A stretch of DNA of 64,000 bases from Piedraia hortae CBS 480.64. Taxonomy: Eukaryota. The position numbers and the translations under genes are program-made. Location of the stretch: NCBI GenBank assembly GCA_010093745.1, contig MU005976.1, positions 186,001-250,000 on the forward strand, written 5' to 3'. The notes beneath the pieces were generated by a model. The model had not been told where the DNA came from and ran no database searches. It was given only the letters and a program-made list of their open reading frames with translations. Positions 12,616 through 23,377 of the stretch are shown here, in pieces. Within the stretch, counting starts at the first letter, position 1, and each line of letters opens with the position of its first letter.

Positions 12616-14254
12616 CTATCTCATATTTCTCTCTCGCTCTCCCAGTCTGGCCAGAACGAACTCATGAATGCCGTCACGACATTGTCCGATGGTGCGTCCC
12701 ACCGTCATAATGCTTTGCTCAAAGCCGACCAAGGTATCCATAAGCTCTCGTTCGGTGTCTTGGGCAGATGAGCCGCCGCGAGATGCCAGATGCTGTGTCT
12801 GTGTAACAGCTAATTCTTCGACAACCTTCATGTGGGCTTCCACCTCGGTCAGGCTAGTGGCATAGGAGTTCAGTTGGCTTTGCAGCCCTGCAACCATGGG
12901 CATAAAGTAATTTCCGACGAGATCAGTGTCTGCATCAGCCGAATTCGGCATCTGATAGTGTGCGGGTAGCTTAAGGTTTTCAATGACACGCTGACAGCGC
13001 ACAAAGTCGATCTCGTCGCCTTGTGCAACGGTTTTGCGCGTCATAACGGCCTGGGCATCTTCAACCAGCTTAGCTTCCACACTGCTTAGCTTGTCCTTTA
13101 CAACATCCACGCTCGGCTCGAGCGCATCCATGTTTTCCTGGTGTTTGCCCAAGATGGCCTGAATTTGGCGGCAAAATTCTTCCTGCTTCGCAATCATCTT
13201 GTCAGTGTCTTCGAAGTGGCGCCGCAGCTCGGCATCACAGTCCTGCAGGCGAGTAGTCCCCCTGAGATCATTTACATGCACCTCTACACCGCCGGCCACC
13301 TGCGCTGGCGGCGCAGCATTGCCCTGGCCCATCGTGAGCCTCCCGGCAAAAGGGGCTGGCGACTGACTCTGCCGAAACTGGCTAGCCTGCAAAAGCGAGG
13401 GAAGCTGATTAGCAGGATAGGCCGAGAGACCAAATATGCCCGACTGTGGGGCAGGAGTGGTGTTTATGGAGCCAAACTGGCTAGCGCCAGTGGAGGGTTT
13501 GTTTACAGTACCGCCAAAGAGCGAAGACGATGATACTTGCTGGGTATTATTGCCCCCAAACAGTGAAGATGACGCTGCTGGCTGGTTATTGTTGCCGCCA
13601 AACAGCGAAGGCATCGCTGGCTGGGCATTGTTGTTGCCAAAGACCGAAGAGGCAGTAGCTGGCTGGGCACTATTGTTACCGAAAACTGAAGACGCAGTTG
13701 TTGGCTGGATATTGTTGCCGCCAAACACCGACGTTGATTGCTGGTTCGCATTGGTACCACTTGTCGAGGTTGCTGCAGGCGTTAGAGAAGCCCCAAAGAC
13801 TGAAGAAGTGCCGGCAGTATTTCCGAAAAGATTGCCCGACTGCGGCTGTGTCTGCGTTTGAGTGGTATTGAGGTTACTTCCAAACACAGACGATGCCGAA
13901 GGCTGCGCAGAAGAAGAGCCAAAGCCTGAAGAGGAGCCCGCGGGCTTGTTGGCAAACATATTGCTTGATGGCGTGCTTATCGTGCCCCCAGACACTGTGC
14001 CGGCTTGGGATGAAGGCTGCGATTTCAACGGCTCCTGCTTGTTGTCGCTGTAGATAGTAGTCAGCATTCTTTTGTTTCCAAAAAGGTCCAAAGGGGTTGC
14101 CTTGCGTGGTGTCTTGGCCCGCACCTGGCCAAAGGATTTGAAGGTTGAGCGGCGGCGGCATGTTGATATTGAGCAAATTGACTGATTCGACTTACGACAG
14201 TGCGGCAGCGACGCTGGTATTTATGCTAAGAGAATTGCTGTGGCCAAATGTCAT
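12616..14254 (-). CDS. NUP49: FG-repeat nucleoporin, Nup49/Nup58-like; exons 14254-14196 and 14047-12616
   Basis: Many SxFG repeats, then LRGTTR and a coiled-coil C-terminus. Exon 1 MTFGHSNSLSINT is joined in frame by intron 14048..14195 (GTAAGT...GCTGAC...TACAG). Confidence 0.75.
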
Positions 14255-14359
14255 TCTTGACTCGTGTAAAGGCGAGTGAAGTCTTGACGCGCGACGCGTG
14301 ACACATGTGACATTTTTCTCCACACATCACATCATATCACATCATACCTCACACGTACA
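14255..14359. promoter_or_regulatory. ~105-bp bidirectional promoter between the NUP49-like gene and FIP1
   Basis: Divergent ATGs at 14254 and 14360; contains ACGCGCGACGCGT (CGCG/MCB-like). Confidence 0.55.
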
Positions 14360-15297
14360 ATGGACGACCACCGCTATTCTAAGTATGCCGAACCCGAGGA
14401 AGGAGAGGAAGAAGAAGAAGAAGAAGAAGAAGAAGAAGAAGAAGACGATGATGTGAGGCGCATGACGATAAATAGAATTGGCTGGCTCTGACGCTCTACC
14501 AGGACGTTCAATTCACGTTAGACAAACCGGCAGGAAGCCTGGAGCAGTGAGTAACTTCCTGCCCCAAGTCGTTACCCCAGCTAATTCCCGCCAGACGTCC
14601 TCGGTCCGTCACCAAAGCGCGATCAAAGGAACGCATAGCCCTGCCGAAGCCATCCTCGCCGGCACCGCCCACGACTGCCCACCCAGAAGTTCTAACGACA
14701 TCGAGCAAGGCGGTAATCACGGTTGACGGCAAAGAAGGCAACGAATTTCCAGAGCTGCGGACAAGCAAAGTGGATGTCAATGTAGTGCCTTCATTTCCCT
14801 TGCCCAGCGGCGAGGGAAAGAACATCTACACCATCGACATAGACTCCGACTTGATGGAACACAGTAAGCCATGGCGGCTTCCGGGTACGGATCAGACAGA
14901 CTACTTCAACTACGGTTTCGATGAATACACATGGACACAATACTGCATTAAGCAGCAGTCTATGACCCACACAATCGCTGATCAACGTATGGCGGACGCG
15001 CAGCTGAAGGCAATGTTTGGCGGTGGAATGGAAGACATGATGCAGGCCATGATGAATGGTCAAGTGGGTCCGCCTCCCCCAGGCTTTGAGCAGATGATGC
15101 AGATGCCACCAATGCCATCTATGGGAGGGCCGGTGGGCGGACCGATGGGAGGACCGATGGGCAGCCAGATGGGAGGACAAATAGGAGGACAAATGGGAGG
15201 AACGCCGGGCCCTGGACAGCCTTTCAATCCGCCTCAAGCACCACAACAGATGGGAGTGCATGCACAGAGGGGACGCAGGGGAAGAGGCCGGTGGTAA
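14360..15297 (+). CDS. FIP1: Pre-mRNA polyadenylation factor Fip1; exons 14360-14452, 14503-14546, 14595-15297
   Basis: Fip1 motif KPWRLPGTDQTDYFNYGFDEYTWTQYC, acidic N-terminus, two canonical in-frame introns of 50 and 48 nt. Confidence 0.92.
14408..14443 (+). repeat. (GAA)12 microsatellite encoding poly-Glu in FIP1 exon 1
   Basis: Read directly from the sequence. Confidence 0.95.
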
Positions 15298-16000
15298 CGG
15301 CAGGTAGTCCTGTTGTAGTCAGCATCGGTTGCGAACGAAGTGTAAGTTAGACAGAGGGAAGCTATCATAAAGAGCGTAGCAAGTTATCTCGTCATTGTAA
15401 TTTCGGGGGATTGACAGATTGTATGCATGTATAATCATGTTGCTGAGAGTTAAACAGGACGAACCTTTAAGAGACCATCGCCGGCGTCTTCCAAAGACGG
15501 CCATGATATTCTTGCACCTGCAGAACATTATATTGTCATAGTGGACTTTGCGCTTTTGTCAAAGTCGCCTGGGCCCTTGGTCATGCTATGTTTTGTTATG
15601 CCAGAAAGACTACGTGGAGGGGGTCAAAATGCACCGTGGCTGATTATGTAATTTGCGCTAGATCCGGAATCATTACGCAGGATTTTTTGTAACGCCCCGC
15701 ACCCCCACTTCGACTCCCTTTCGTCATCCACTCGCCCACTTGGCAAGGACAACGCACAAGCAATTTGCCGTTTGCGAAGAAACCAAGGTATCGGTACTGT
15801 AAGAATAAGAGTCGCTAAGGAAGCATCCTCGTCAACTTCATCGCCTGTTCGTGATACCGCCACCGCTGACCTTGCATTCCGCTGCACCTTTAATCACGGT
15901 CTTCGTGTGCGGAAACCTTTTGTAACATACGGGCAGCCGTTGTTGCTTCACGACACTTGTTTACTCTCGCGCCGCCAACTTTGACGATTTTGCAGCAGCC

Positions 16001-17023
16001 ATGGTCCAGGGAGACTGGCAGCAGGATCTCCGTAGTGAAGTTGTCTGTCCCGATTGCAAGGAGGATCCCCCAAACCTCGTTGAAAACCCGCACACGGGAG
16101 ACACAACTTGCGCCAATTGCGGCATCGTTCTTGCCGAGCGCAACATCGATCACAGCTCGGAATGGCGCACGTTCTCGGGTGATGATAAGAACCACGGAGA
16201 TCCGTCACGTGTGGGAGACGGGCCAAATGCGCTGCTGAATGGGTCCCAGCTCTTCACAAGCATTGCCTTCAGTGATGGTCAGCGGCACTCGGAGCTCTTC
16301 CGTGCACAGAACAAGTCTGATCTGGACAAGAGCAACCGGGGGCTTCGTGAGGCCTACAACCACATTGGCGCTCTCTGCGAACGGTGGCAACTCCCTGGCT
16401 ACGTTGTTGATGCAGCAAAGCACATCTATAAGGACGCAGCCGAAAGCCCGCTCTTCAAGGGCAAGAACCGTGATGCATTGATCGCCGGCTGCCTTTTTCT
16501 GGCATGTCGTCGTAACAATGCGCCGCGTTCATTTCGCGAGGTTACAGATCTGACAAACGTCTCCAAAAAGGAGCTGGGTAAGAATTTCAAGCTGCTTGAG
16601 ACCTTCCTCCGTCAGAAGGAAAAGCAGGGCAACACCACAGTGGTTTCTGGAGGTACTGTCATCTTCAACGACGCCTACAAAGGCAGCTCGCAGGCAGATG
16701 CAGGCGACCTCTGCAATCGTTACTGCAACCGACTGAGCATGGATCAGAGTGCATCAAACGTTGCCATTGCCATCGCCAAGCGTATGACCTCTATCGGCGC
16801 TCTTGCCGGCCGCTCTCCGCTGACCTGCTCTGCTGCCTGCATCTACATGGCTAGCCACCTTATGAGCCAACCAAAGCTTCCAAAAGATATCATGGCTGTC
16901 ACCAAGGTCTCGGATAGTGCTTTTCGTCAGGCGTACAAGCTGCTGTACAACGAGGCGGATACCCTACTAACAAAGGAAATCCGAGATCTTGGCATCAAAG
17001 TGGAAAACATGCCCAAACCGTAG
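16001..17023 (+). CDS. SUA7: General transcription factor TFIIB
   Basis: Zn ribbon CPDC...CANCG, B-reader SEWRTFS...DPSRVG, cyclin repeats with ACRRNNAPRSFREV and GRSPLT. Confidence 0.96.
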   Translation: MVQGDWQQDLRSEVVCPDCKEDPPNLVENPHTGDTTCANCGIVLAERNIDHSSEWRTFSGDDKNHGDPSRVGDGPNALLNGSQLFTSIAFSDGQRHSELFRAQNKSDLDKSNRGLREAYNHIGALCERWQLPGYVVDAAKHIYKDAAESPLFKGKNRDALIAGCLFLACRRNNAPRSFREVTDLTNVSKKELGKNFKLLETFLRQKEKQGNTTVVSGGTVIFNDAYKGSSQADAGDLCNRYCNRLSMDQSASNVAIAIAKRMTSIGALAGRSPLTCSAACIYMASHLMSQPKLPKDIMAVTKVSDSAFRQAYKLLYNEADTLLTKEIRDLGIKVENMPKP

Positions 17024-17472
17024 TAAGTTAAAGTGTTATTTGGCGCTGGTTTAGACAGGATACAGCTGCGGTGTAATTATAGGTCCAGCCAGGAGTTCTA
17101 GCTGTTGAGACTGTTTTCGCGTTCCATTTTTTTCGCTGTACATATACAACCATTGTGGCTTGAAGTTTGCTTCTACCCCAAAGAACCATTTGTTGCTTGT
17201 CTCGGTTTAACAGCATTACCCCAGGCTGGCAACCTCATTGAGTGGACACCCGAAACCCACGTGGCTATCCCGCAAGATGCAATAATTGTTTCGGCTAACT
17301 ACTGACTACCTCGTTGCTTTGACAAACAAGATGTCTATAGCAAACAATGTTTCTCAACCAATTGTCGGAATGATTGCGCGGAATCAAACGACTGAGTAAA
17401 CCTCCGTATATATAGCTCATGCCTGGCTGTAGATTGACATCTCTCAGTGCTGCGCCATCCCGTACATCAATC

Positions 17473-17690
17473 ATGTTTCATGTTGTTATTGTTCTTCTTC
17501 AAGCTATTGCCTACTTTTCAGGATACACTCTTGTACTTGCAATAAGACAGTGCTAACATCATTCACAGCCGAAGGCGCAAACATCCCGAGCAACCACCTA
17601 CTGTTCAGTCGTTACGATGAACGTACCCAGTATGCACACCACTTTCCCCCATTAACATCGCTAATGTTCTAAGGACAAACGAGTAACCAC
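17473..17690 (+). pseudogene. Possible small secreted protein gene or relic with two short introns
   Basis: TATATATA at ~17407 and a hydrophobic leader MFHVVIVLLQAIAYFS. Branch/acceptor GCTAAC...CACAG at 17568 and a full intron at 17630..17673 (GTATGC...GCTAAT...AAG). The first donor is GA at 17522, or a 36-nt GT intron starts at 17533. Confidence 0.35.
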
Positions 17691-17940
17691 GGTTTGAAAG
17701 CCGGTGGCAGACACCTCAACCCGTCCCATTCAACCTTAGATTGGCTGGGATGCAACTGATCAGCCTCATGCATGAAAGGAGATGCAGACTAAAACCTAGG
17801 CCCATATCTTGTCCTTCGTGTGATCCATCGAGTGTAGGGTTGATCTCGCCGCTCAAAATATCGGCAGTGCGCGCATGTCGGTAACAAGTCCAACAAACCA
17901 ACCCCACAGAACTTTTATCACCCAAAAGATTAATACTAAA

Positions 17941-18060
17941 ATGAGAATCAACATGAGAATTGAAATGAGAATCAAAATGCGACTCAACATGAGACTCAAC
18001 ATGAGAATCAACATGAGAATTGAAATAAGAATCAAAACGAGACTCAACATAAGAATTGAA
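17941..18060 (+). repeat. Minisatellite of 10 x 12 bp (ATGAGAATCAAC-like) with partial 60-bp higher-order periodicity
   Basis: Units atgagaatcaac / atgagaattgaa / atgagaatcaaa / atgcgactcaac and similar, read directly. Confidence 0.9.
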
Positions 18061-19059
18061 ATCTTTGACTACACGGGTAGTTGAGATTTTGAATCTACCA
18101 CTTTGTCCCTAGCTTCTACTTAAGCTGCTGGGGCTCAATGGACTGAACTTAATAAAATCGCATTTGCCGCTATAGCGTCAAATGGGCCAATTAAGTCTAA
18201 ATCCGGCAATACAACATAATTTGGACGAAGCCGGGGGCTTTCGTCCACAGTGTGGAGGCTAAGATGTTTGGGGCTTCGGTTTTAGAATGCGCACTGGGGG
18301 TAAGCCATATTTTCTTCTTTCCTTCCTCTTGTCAAGGGTTGGGGTTTGGATATTGGATCAGATGGGGATTCAGTTGAGTCCCTATCCAAGCTGTACTATG
18401 TTATGTAGACTTCGAATAGTTTTGGCAATCTAAATTACGTACAAGGTGCCTTAGCTATTCATTCTCATAACCCGATGTGGATTATTTTGAATGCAGCAAG
18501 ATTAAATTTAAGTTCCTGGAGGAAGTCCCGTTACTCAGGTCAATGCCCTTTACTTATTAACCAGAAATGTTCTACAAACACCTCTGGTTCCTATGAGCCC
18601 TCGAATTTACAGGTGGAACATGTAGCACAGTTCATTGTCCTCTACGCAATCGTTGAAAAATGTAAGAAAGCCGGAAGTCGCGGGACGGAATTGATTGAAT
18701 CTTACAGCGAACTCATGTGAAAACTCGATGGATAAAGTCTTCAACTTATTACTTTTCAGACTTCGAAATCTCTCCCTCAGCTCAGCAAGGCGTCCTCCTT
18801 CTAGTTGGGGGTCAGTATGAACTCGATGGCTTTTGGTGAGCAACTGGGGCACTAGTATATGAGCGAATCACCCCTTAACTTGATGTGAGGCAATGAATTA
18901 TCTGAAACAGACATTTCCTGTACGTCAAACACCAGCTGATGGAAACCTTGACTGTTTGCTCTATCTCAACCTCCTGTACCTATGCGGGCTAATGTCTCAG
19001 ATGCGGGGGAAAGTAGCAAGCATTTGTTGTTTACCTAGTTTGCTTTCCGTGAGAAAGAC

Positions 19060-19821
19060 ATGACACAAACACGAGGCCAAACTCCCCTATATAGACAGAC
19101 TCATACTCTCCATTCTCTGCATCCATCAACGGATTTACAATTCCAACACAACGGACTCAGCACTACCTTGGGCAGCTCATGTACTTTCTTATGGACCAAG
19201 CTAACAAAGGCTACACTAGACATCGATCTCTGCCCATTCCGCCACGCCGTCCGTTTTCGAGGACGATCTTCCCAGGTAAGATCACAATAAACACCCTCCA
19301 TATGGCGATGCTGACCTGCGGATCCATAGTCAATCGGAGTAACGCTTAGTGGCAGTCACCTCCAGTCGCTCGTCCTTTTGGACAACGCCACCTGCCCCAT
19401 CTGGCTCAGCCAATTGGGGTGCGTTTCGTGCTCAGGCACGCCCGTGGTCCCGACGTTTGAAGGGCCGATTTGCCAAGTTCGCGCGTCTGTTGCCCTTCCC
19501 GAAGTTAACACTTCGACCCACACCGCCGGCGCTTGCCTAGCATGCTCCCGGCACCCTAGGGGGCCAAATTGGCCGGTGCTCAAAGCACCTGCAGGTTTGT
19601 CGCTCACTCCCGCCCTAGCTGGAAATTTCCCGCTAGTACGGTTTCCTCGATTGGCCAGGTTATTTTCTTGGTCAGTTGAGTTTCGCTGTTACCGGTATGG
19701 TACAACCGAACAATCAGCTTTGGGGACCGAGGCCTTAATTGCCGAAAGTCTCCGCTGCCTTGTGGGTACTTATGTAAGTAATCCAGGGGTGTGTCTTCGC
19801 CGGGCGTGGGACACCCGGTAA
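19060..19821 (+). CDS. Putative spliced orphan gene (Cys-containing) or spliced non-coding transcript
   Basis: A 54-nt intron at 19276..19329 (GTAAGA...GCTGAC...CATAG) joins ORFs 19060..19290 and 19378..19821 in frame. More intron-like signals lie nearby. No recognisable domain. Confidence 0.3.
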
Positions 19822-20234
19822 GTTCTCAATGGCATCTGGGTTTTGTCCAAGGTAAGTCGGCTCTTTACATACATCCTCTGCCGACGGTGCTGTTGCAGAG
19901 TAATTTGGGTTCCAGGTATGTCATCCCAGACCCCATCTCTACTGACATGGCAGTTTATTTTGCTTGTGGTGGGAATTTGGAGGTCGGACATTGTCAGAGG
20001 AGATGCACATCCTGAAGTTATTTTCAACGACGTTGTTACTATAAAATTATTCAGCTCCTTAATACGTGCTTGCATGGTAAATATGATCACATTTGCTTCA
20101 GATTTTATTGTGTTGTTAGCAGAGTTTTCCGAGCCTGTGCTAAAGTTCACTGGTGACGTCACTGTGCGACATCTCCTGGTACCTGCAGCTGTCAACCCAA
20201 CCGCCGACATACGGCGTTGGCGACAGAATTCGAC

Positions 20235-21278
20235 ATGGACACCGTAGACGCCACGTCGCATGACAACTCTGACTTAGAAATTGAATCACCAGCCTTACTA
20301 GTTGTGGTATTGGATACCAACCCGCGCGCATGGACATTGCTTGAAGATCTCCCGCTATCGCACGCATTGACACCGTTGTTAGTCTTCATTAACGCGCATC
20401 TGGCTATAAACTCGGCCAACAAGGTGGCAGTAATTGCTTCACACAGTGACCGAGCACAGTGGCTCTACCCAAGTCCGAGCCCAAATTCACACCGCCTTGA
20501 GAATGAAGCAAACCGATACCGACCCTTTGCGCTTCTCGAAGATGCATTGCGCAGCAACCTAAGAGAACTCATGGAATCAACTGCGCCGGAAACGGTCGCA
20601 GCTACACCGGCGACAAAACTGGCGGGAGCCCTAACCCGTTCACTCGCATACCTGTCGAGCCAATCTCTTTCAGCACCTGCGGCGTCCGGCGTGACACGCA
20701 TGCAACTCAATGCTGCATCTGCAGTCGGAGGAAATGATGTCTCAGATGAGACGACATCTGCTGCTGCCACTCGAGAGCTGTCCTCACGCATCCTCATCGT
20801 TTCCGTATCCGGCGACTTAGCCGATTCTTACATTGAGCTCATGAATGCCATTTTTGCATGCCAGCGTCTTGCCGTCCCCATCGATGTTTTGAAGTTGGCC
20901 GGTGACCCAGTTTTTCTGCAGCAAGCTTCTGACACAACAGGTGGCATATTTACGCTTCTTTCCACCCCAGAGGCCAGAAAAGGCATGTTGCAGTACCTCA
21001 TGTTCGCTCATTTGCCTGATATTACTGCGAGGAAATACTTGGTGTCCCCTGGAGAAGGGGAAGGGGTGGATTTTAGAGCCGCTTGCTTTTGTCACAAAAA
21101 TGTGGTCGACCTCGCTTACGTGTGCTCTGTATGTCTGAGCATTTTTTGCGATTCGGTGCTAGTTGAAGGAAAATGCTTGCTCTGCGAAAGCGAGCTAACC
21201 GTCGAGGCGCAGAAAAAGCCGGTTGTGGTTAAGAAGACGAAGAAAAAAGCCAATGGAGCTGTGCCTTGGCCTTGTTGA
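20235..21278 (+). CDS. TFB4: TFIIH subunit Tfb4 / p34
   Basis: vWA-like LVVVLDTNPRAW, FINAHLA, MNAIFACQR, FLQQASDTTGG; C-terminal VDFRAACFCH...YVCSVCLSIFC...CLLC. Confidence 0.95.
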   Translation: MDTVDATSHDNSDLEIESPALLVVVLDTNPRAWTLLEDLPLSHALTPLLVFINAHLAINSANKVAVIASHSDRAQWLYPSPSPNSHRLENEANRYRPFALLEDALRSNLRELMESTAPETVAATPATKLAGALTRSLAYLSSQSLSAPAASGVTRMQLNAASAVGGNDVSDETTSAAATRELSSRILIVSVSGDLADSYIELMNAIFACQRLAVPIDVLKLAGDPVFLQQASDTTGGIFTLLSTPEARKGMLQYLMFAHLPDITARKYLVSPGEGEGVDFRAACFCHKNVVDLAYVCSVCLSIFCDSVLVEGKCLLCESELTVEAQKKPVVVKKTKKKANGAVPWPC

Positions 21279-21943
21279 TGACGACGCTTGTCAGGCACTG
21301 CAAGCACATTTCAGGCCTGCCGGTAGCAAGCTTCTGGGCGAGAAACCTGAGACGGACCCTGGGGCAAGTTCTCGTCCCAATTGTGAGAATACCCGCTGGG
21401 TCGTGACAATTGTCACGACCTGCTACCAGCTCTTCCAGTGCCATTCCACGGCGAGTGAAGAATGCCCAAAGTAGGATCGTGTTAGTGCATTCAAACGTTA
21501 AACACCAGACCGTACAACGGATCTCTAGGCATCCCAATCGCAACTTTGCATTCTGAGTTGGAAAGTGGACTGCTGCTGCGAGGTACCTTAGCAGACTCGA
21601 GGTCATCGACATCTGTTTGAATCCTCACCTCGCTCAATGAAAGCCAGGCCAAACGCCTGAAGTTCAGGCAGCGTACATGAGAAAGTTTCCAAGAAGCTAT
21701 GAGAACACAAGGACTGTCTCTTGTGTCGGAAGCGAATCGCAGATAGTGGTCACTAACATAGAAGCAAACGTTTATCGTTGCATCAACGTTACAGTGTCAC
21801 GGTGCGGCATCGTTGGAAAATCAGAGCATACGGTGCACTCTATTCACATCATGGCTACCATCATTTGAAACCAGAGCATTGTCAATCTATTCATGGCGCG
21901 TGCATATACTTGTTACGAACTACTAAACTATTGACTCGAGGGA

Positions 21944-22620
21944 CTAGAAACCCCACGTTACGTTTCGCGGTAGAGCTTGGCCAATTCGCAGACGCAACTC
22001 TTCAGTATAGGCTTTGGCTTTTTCCTCTGGGAGAACAGAACCACTTGCAACAACTTCAATGGTTTCAACTCGCTCATTAACCCAAGGCTGGTGAGGGCGC
22101 GCATCATCCGGGTCGAAGTGATCTTTGGCTAGAGCGAAGAGAACATTTGCGGCTTCAGCTTCAGTTGGAACAACCACACGGATATCGCGCGAGAACTCCA
22201 ACTGGATACTTTTAAGCCCGACATGTTGAGCAAAATCTGAACCAAATTCATCAGCGAAGGGGCCATGATCGTCTTAACCTTGATTTTCGTCATGAACAGC
22301 TTCAATTCTTCCTTTTCCTCGAACAGCGACACAAAGCGCGCCAACGCCTTCATACTCTCGAAAGCGAATTGCTGGGAACTGCACATTGATTCCAAGTTGT
22401 GGTGCTTCCCACCATTATAGCACAGAAACGTGCTCATTTCGTCGAGCGCCATGAAGCGGTGGCCAGCTTTGGCGCGATCCTCCATTCCGCCCACAGCAGC
22501 ACCCAGAACCTCGGCCTCGGCCTTGATATATATATTTATGAAGGCATGGGTCCGGACATATTTTCAGGGATGAGTCAGTTTTTTTTTTCCAAGTCACGGG
22601 CCCGCTTGTTGGCGTTTATC
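21944..22620 (-). pseudogene. Fragmented orphan gene with a possible F-box-like N-terminus
   Basis: Three overlapping minus-strand ORFs (22415..22597, 22129..22494, 21944..22201) can be joined by frameshifts. LKICPDPCLHK resembles an F-box start and its frameshift lies in an (AT)n run. Confidence 0.3.
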
Positions 22621-23377
22621 GCGGTCCATCTGACAGTCTTCTTTTCAGCAAGAGTGGGAGTGAAGAAACTCGCCACAGGAGGGGACCTCGATGCGCAGAT
22701 CGGCAAAATAAAGGATTCGGCAGGGCTGCTTGCTGGCCCAAATGGCGAAGATCGGTGGGCCAGAGAAGGAGTTCCACCTTGGACGGACTAGGGATTGATG
22801 CATCTGCGTTTGCCGAACGGCATCTCCTGCACGAGGACCGACGGACGAGCTGGAAGTTAATTCTCGGTATCGATGGATTCCTGCTTAACCTGTACGATGC
22901 GCTTGACTAGCAAGCTTCCTTCTGTTGAAGGCTTCATGGCCTCCCGTCTGCAAGAGGTTAGGAGCGGTGGGGGTTTGGAGAATAGGCGAGGATGCGTTTG
23001 TTGCCAAAGCGATCAGAATGAACATGATGGACCAGAAACGCGTGTTCTTGCGCCGCTTGTTATTCAGTGAACCAATTCTTCGTTGCTAGTCACCGCAGTC
23101 CAAGCGACGCCAAGGGCGGAGAGGGCAATCGTTGGTCATTGCCATGGTAAATACCCAGATTTGTTAGTCTTGGCTATCAGAGACTCCATGCAAATTTGTG
23201 CAAGCTGGATGCCAAGAAATGCTATATGTTACGGTGCTCAATGATCTCGCCGTTATCAATCAAGCATTGCCAGATATCCAAAATCATGCAGAGATTTGAT
23301 AGTAGATCCGATCTGGCATAGGATTTCATCCCCTGGATCTGCAGAAGTTCTCCCACTGCGTGCACATCCACAATGTG

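Noticed and set aside
17941..18060. CRISPR-like array
   Set aside because: Head-to-tail tandem units with no spacers, eukaryotic context, no cas genes.
12616..21278. Functional cluster of nuclear gene-expression genes (NUP49-like, FIP1, SUA7, TFB4)
   Set aside because: Ordinary housekeeping neighbourhood with no evidence of co-regulation.
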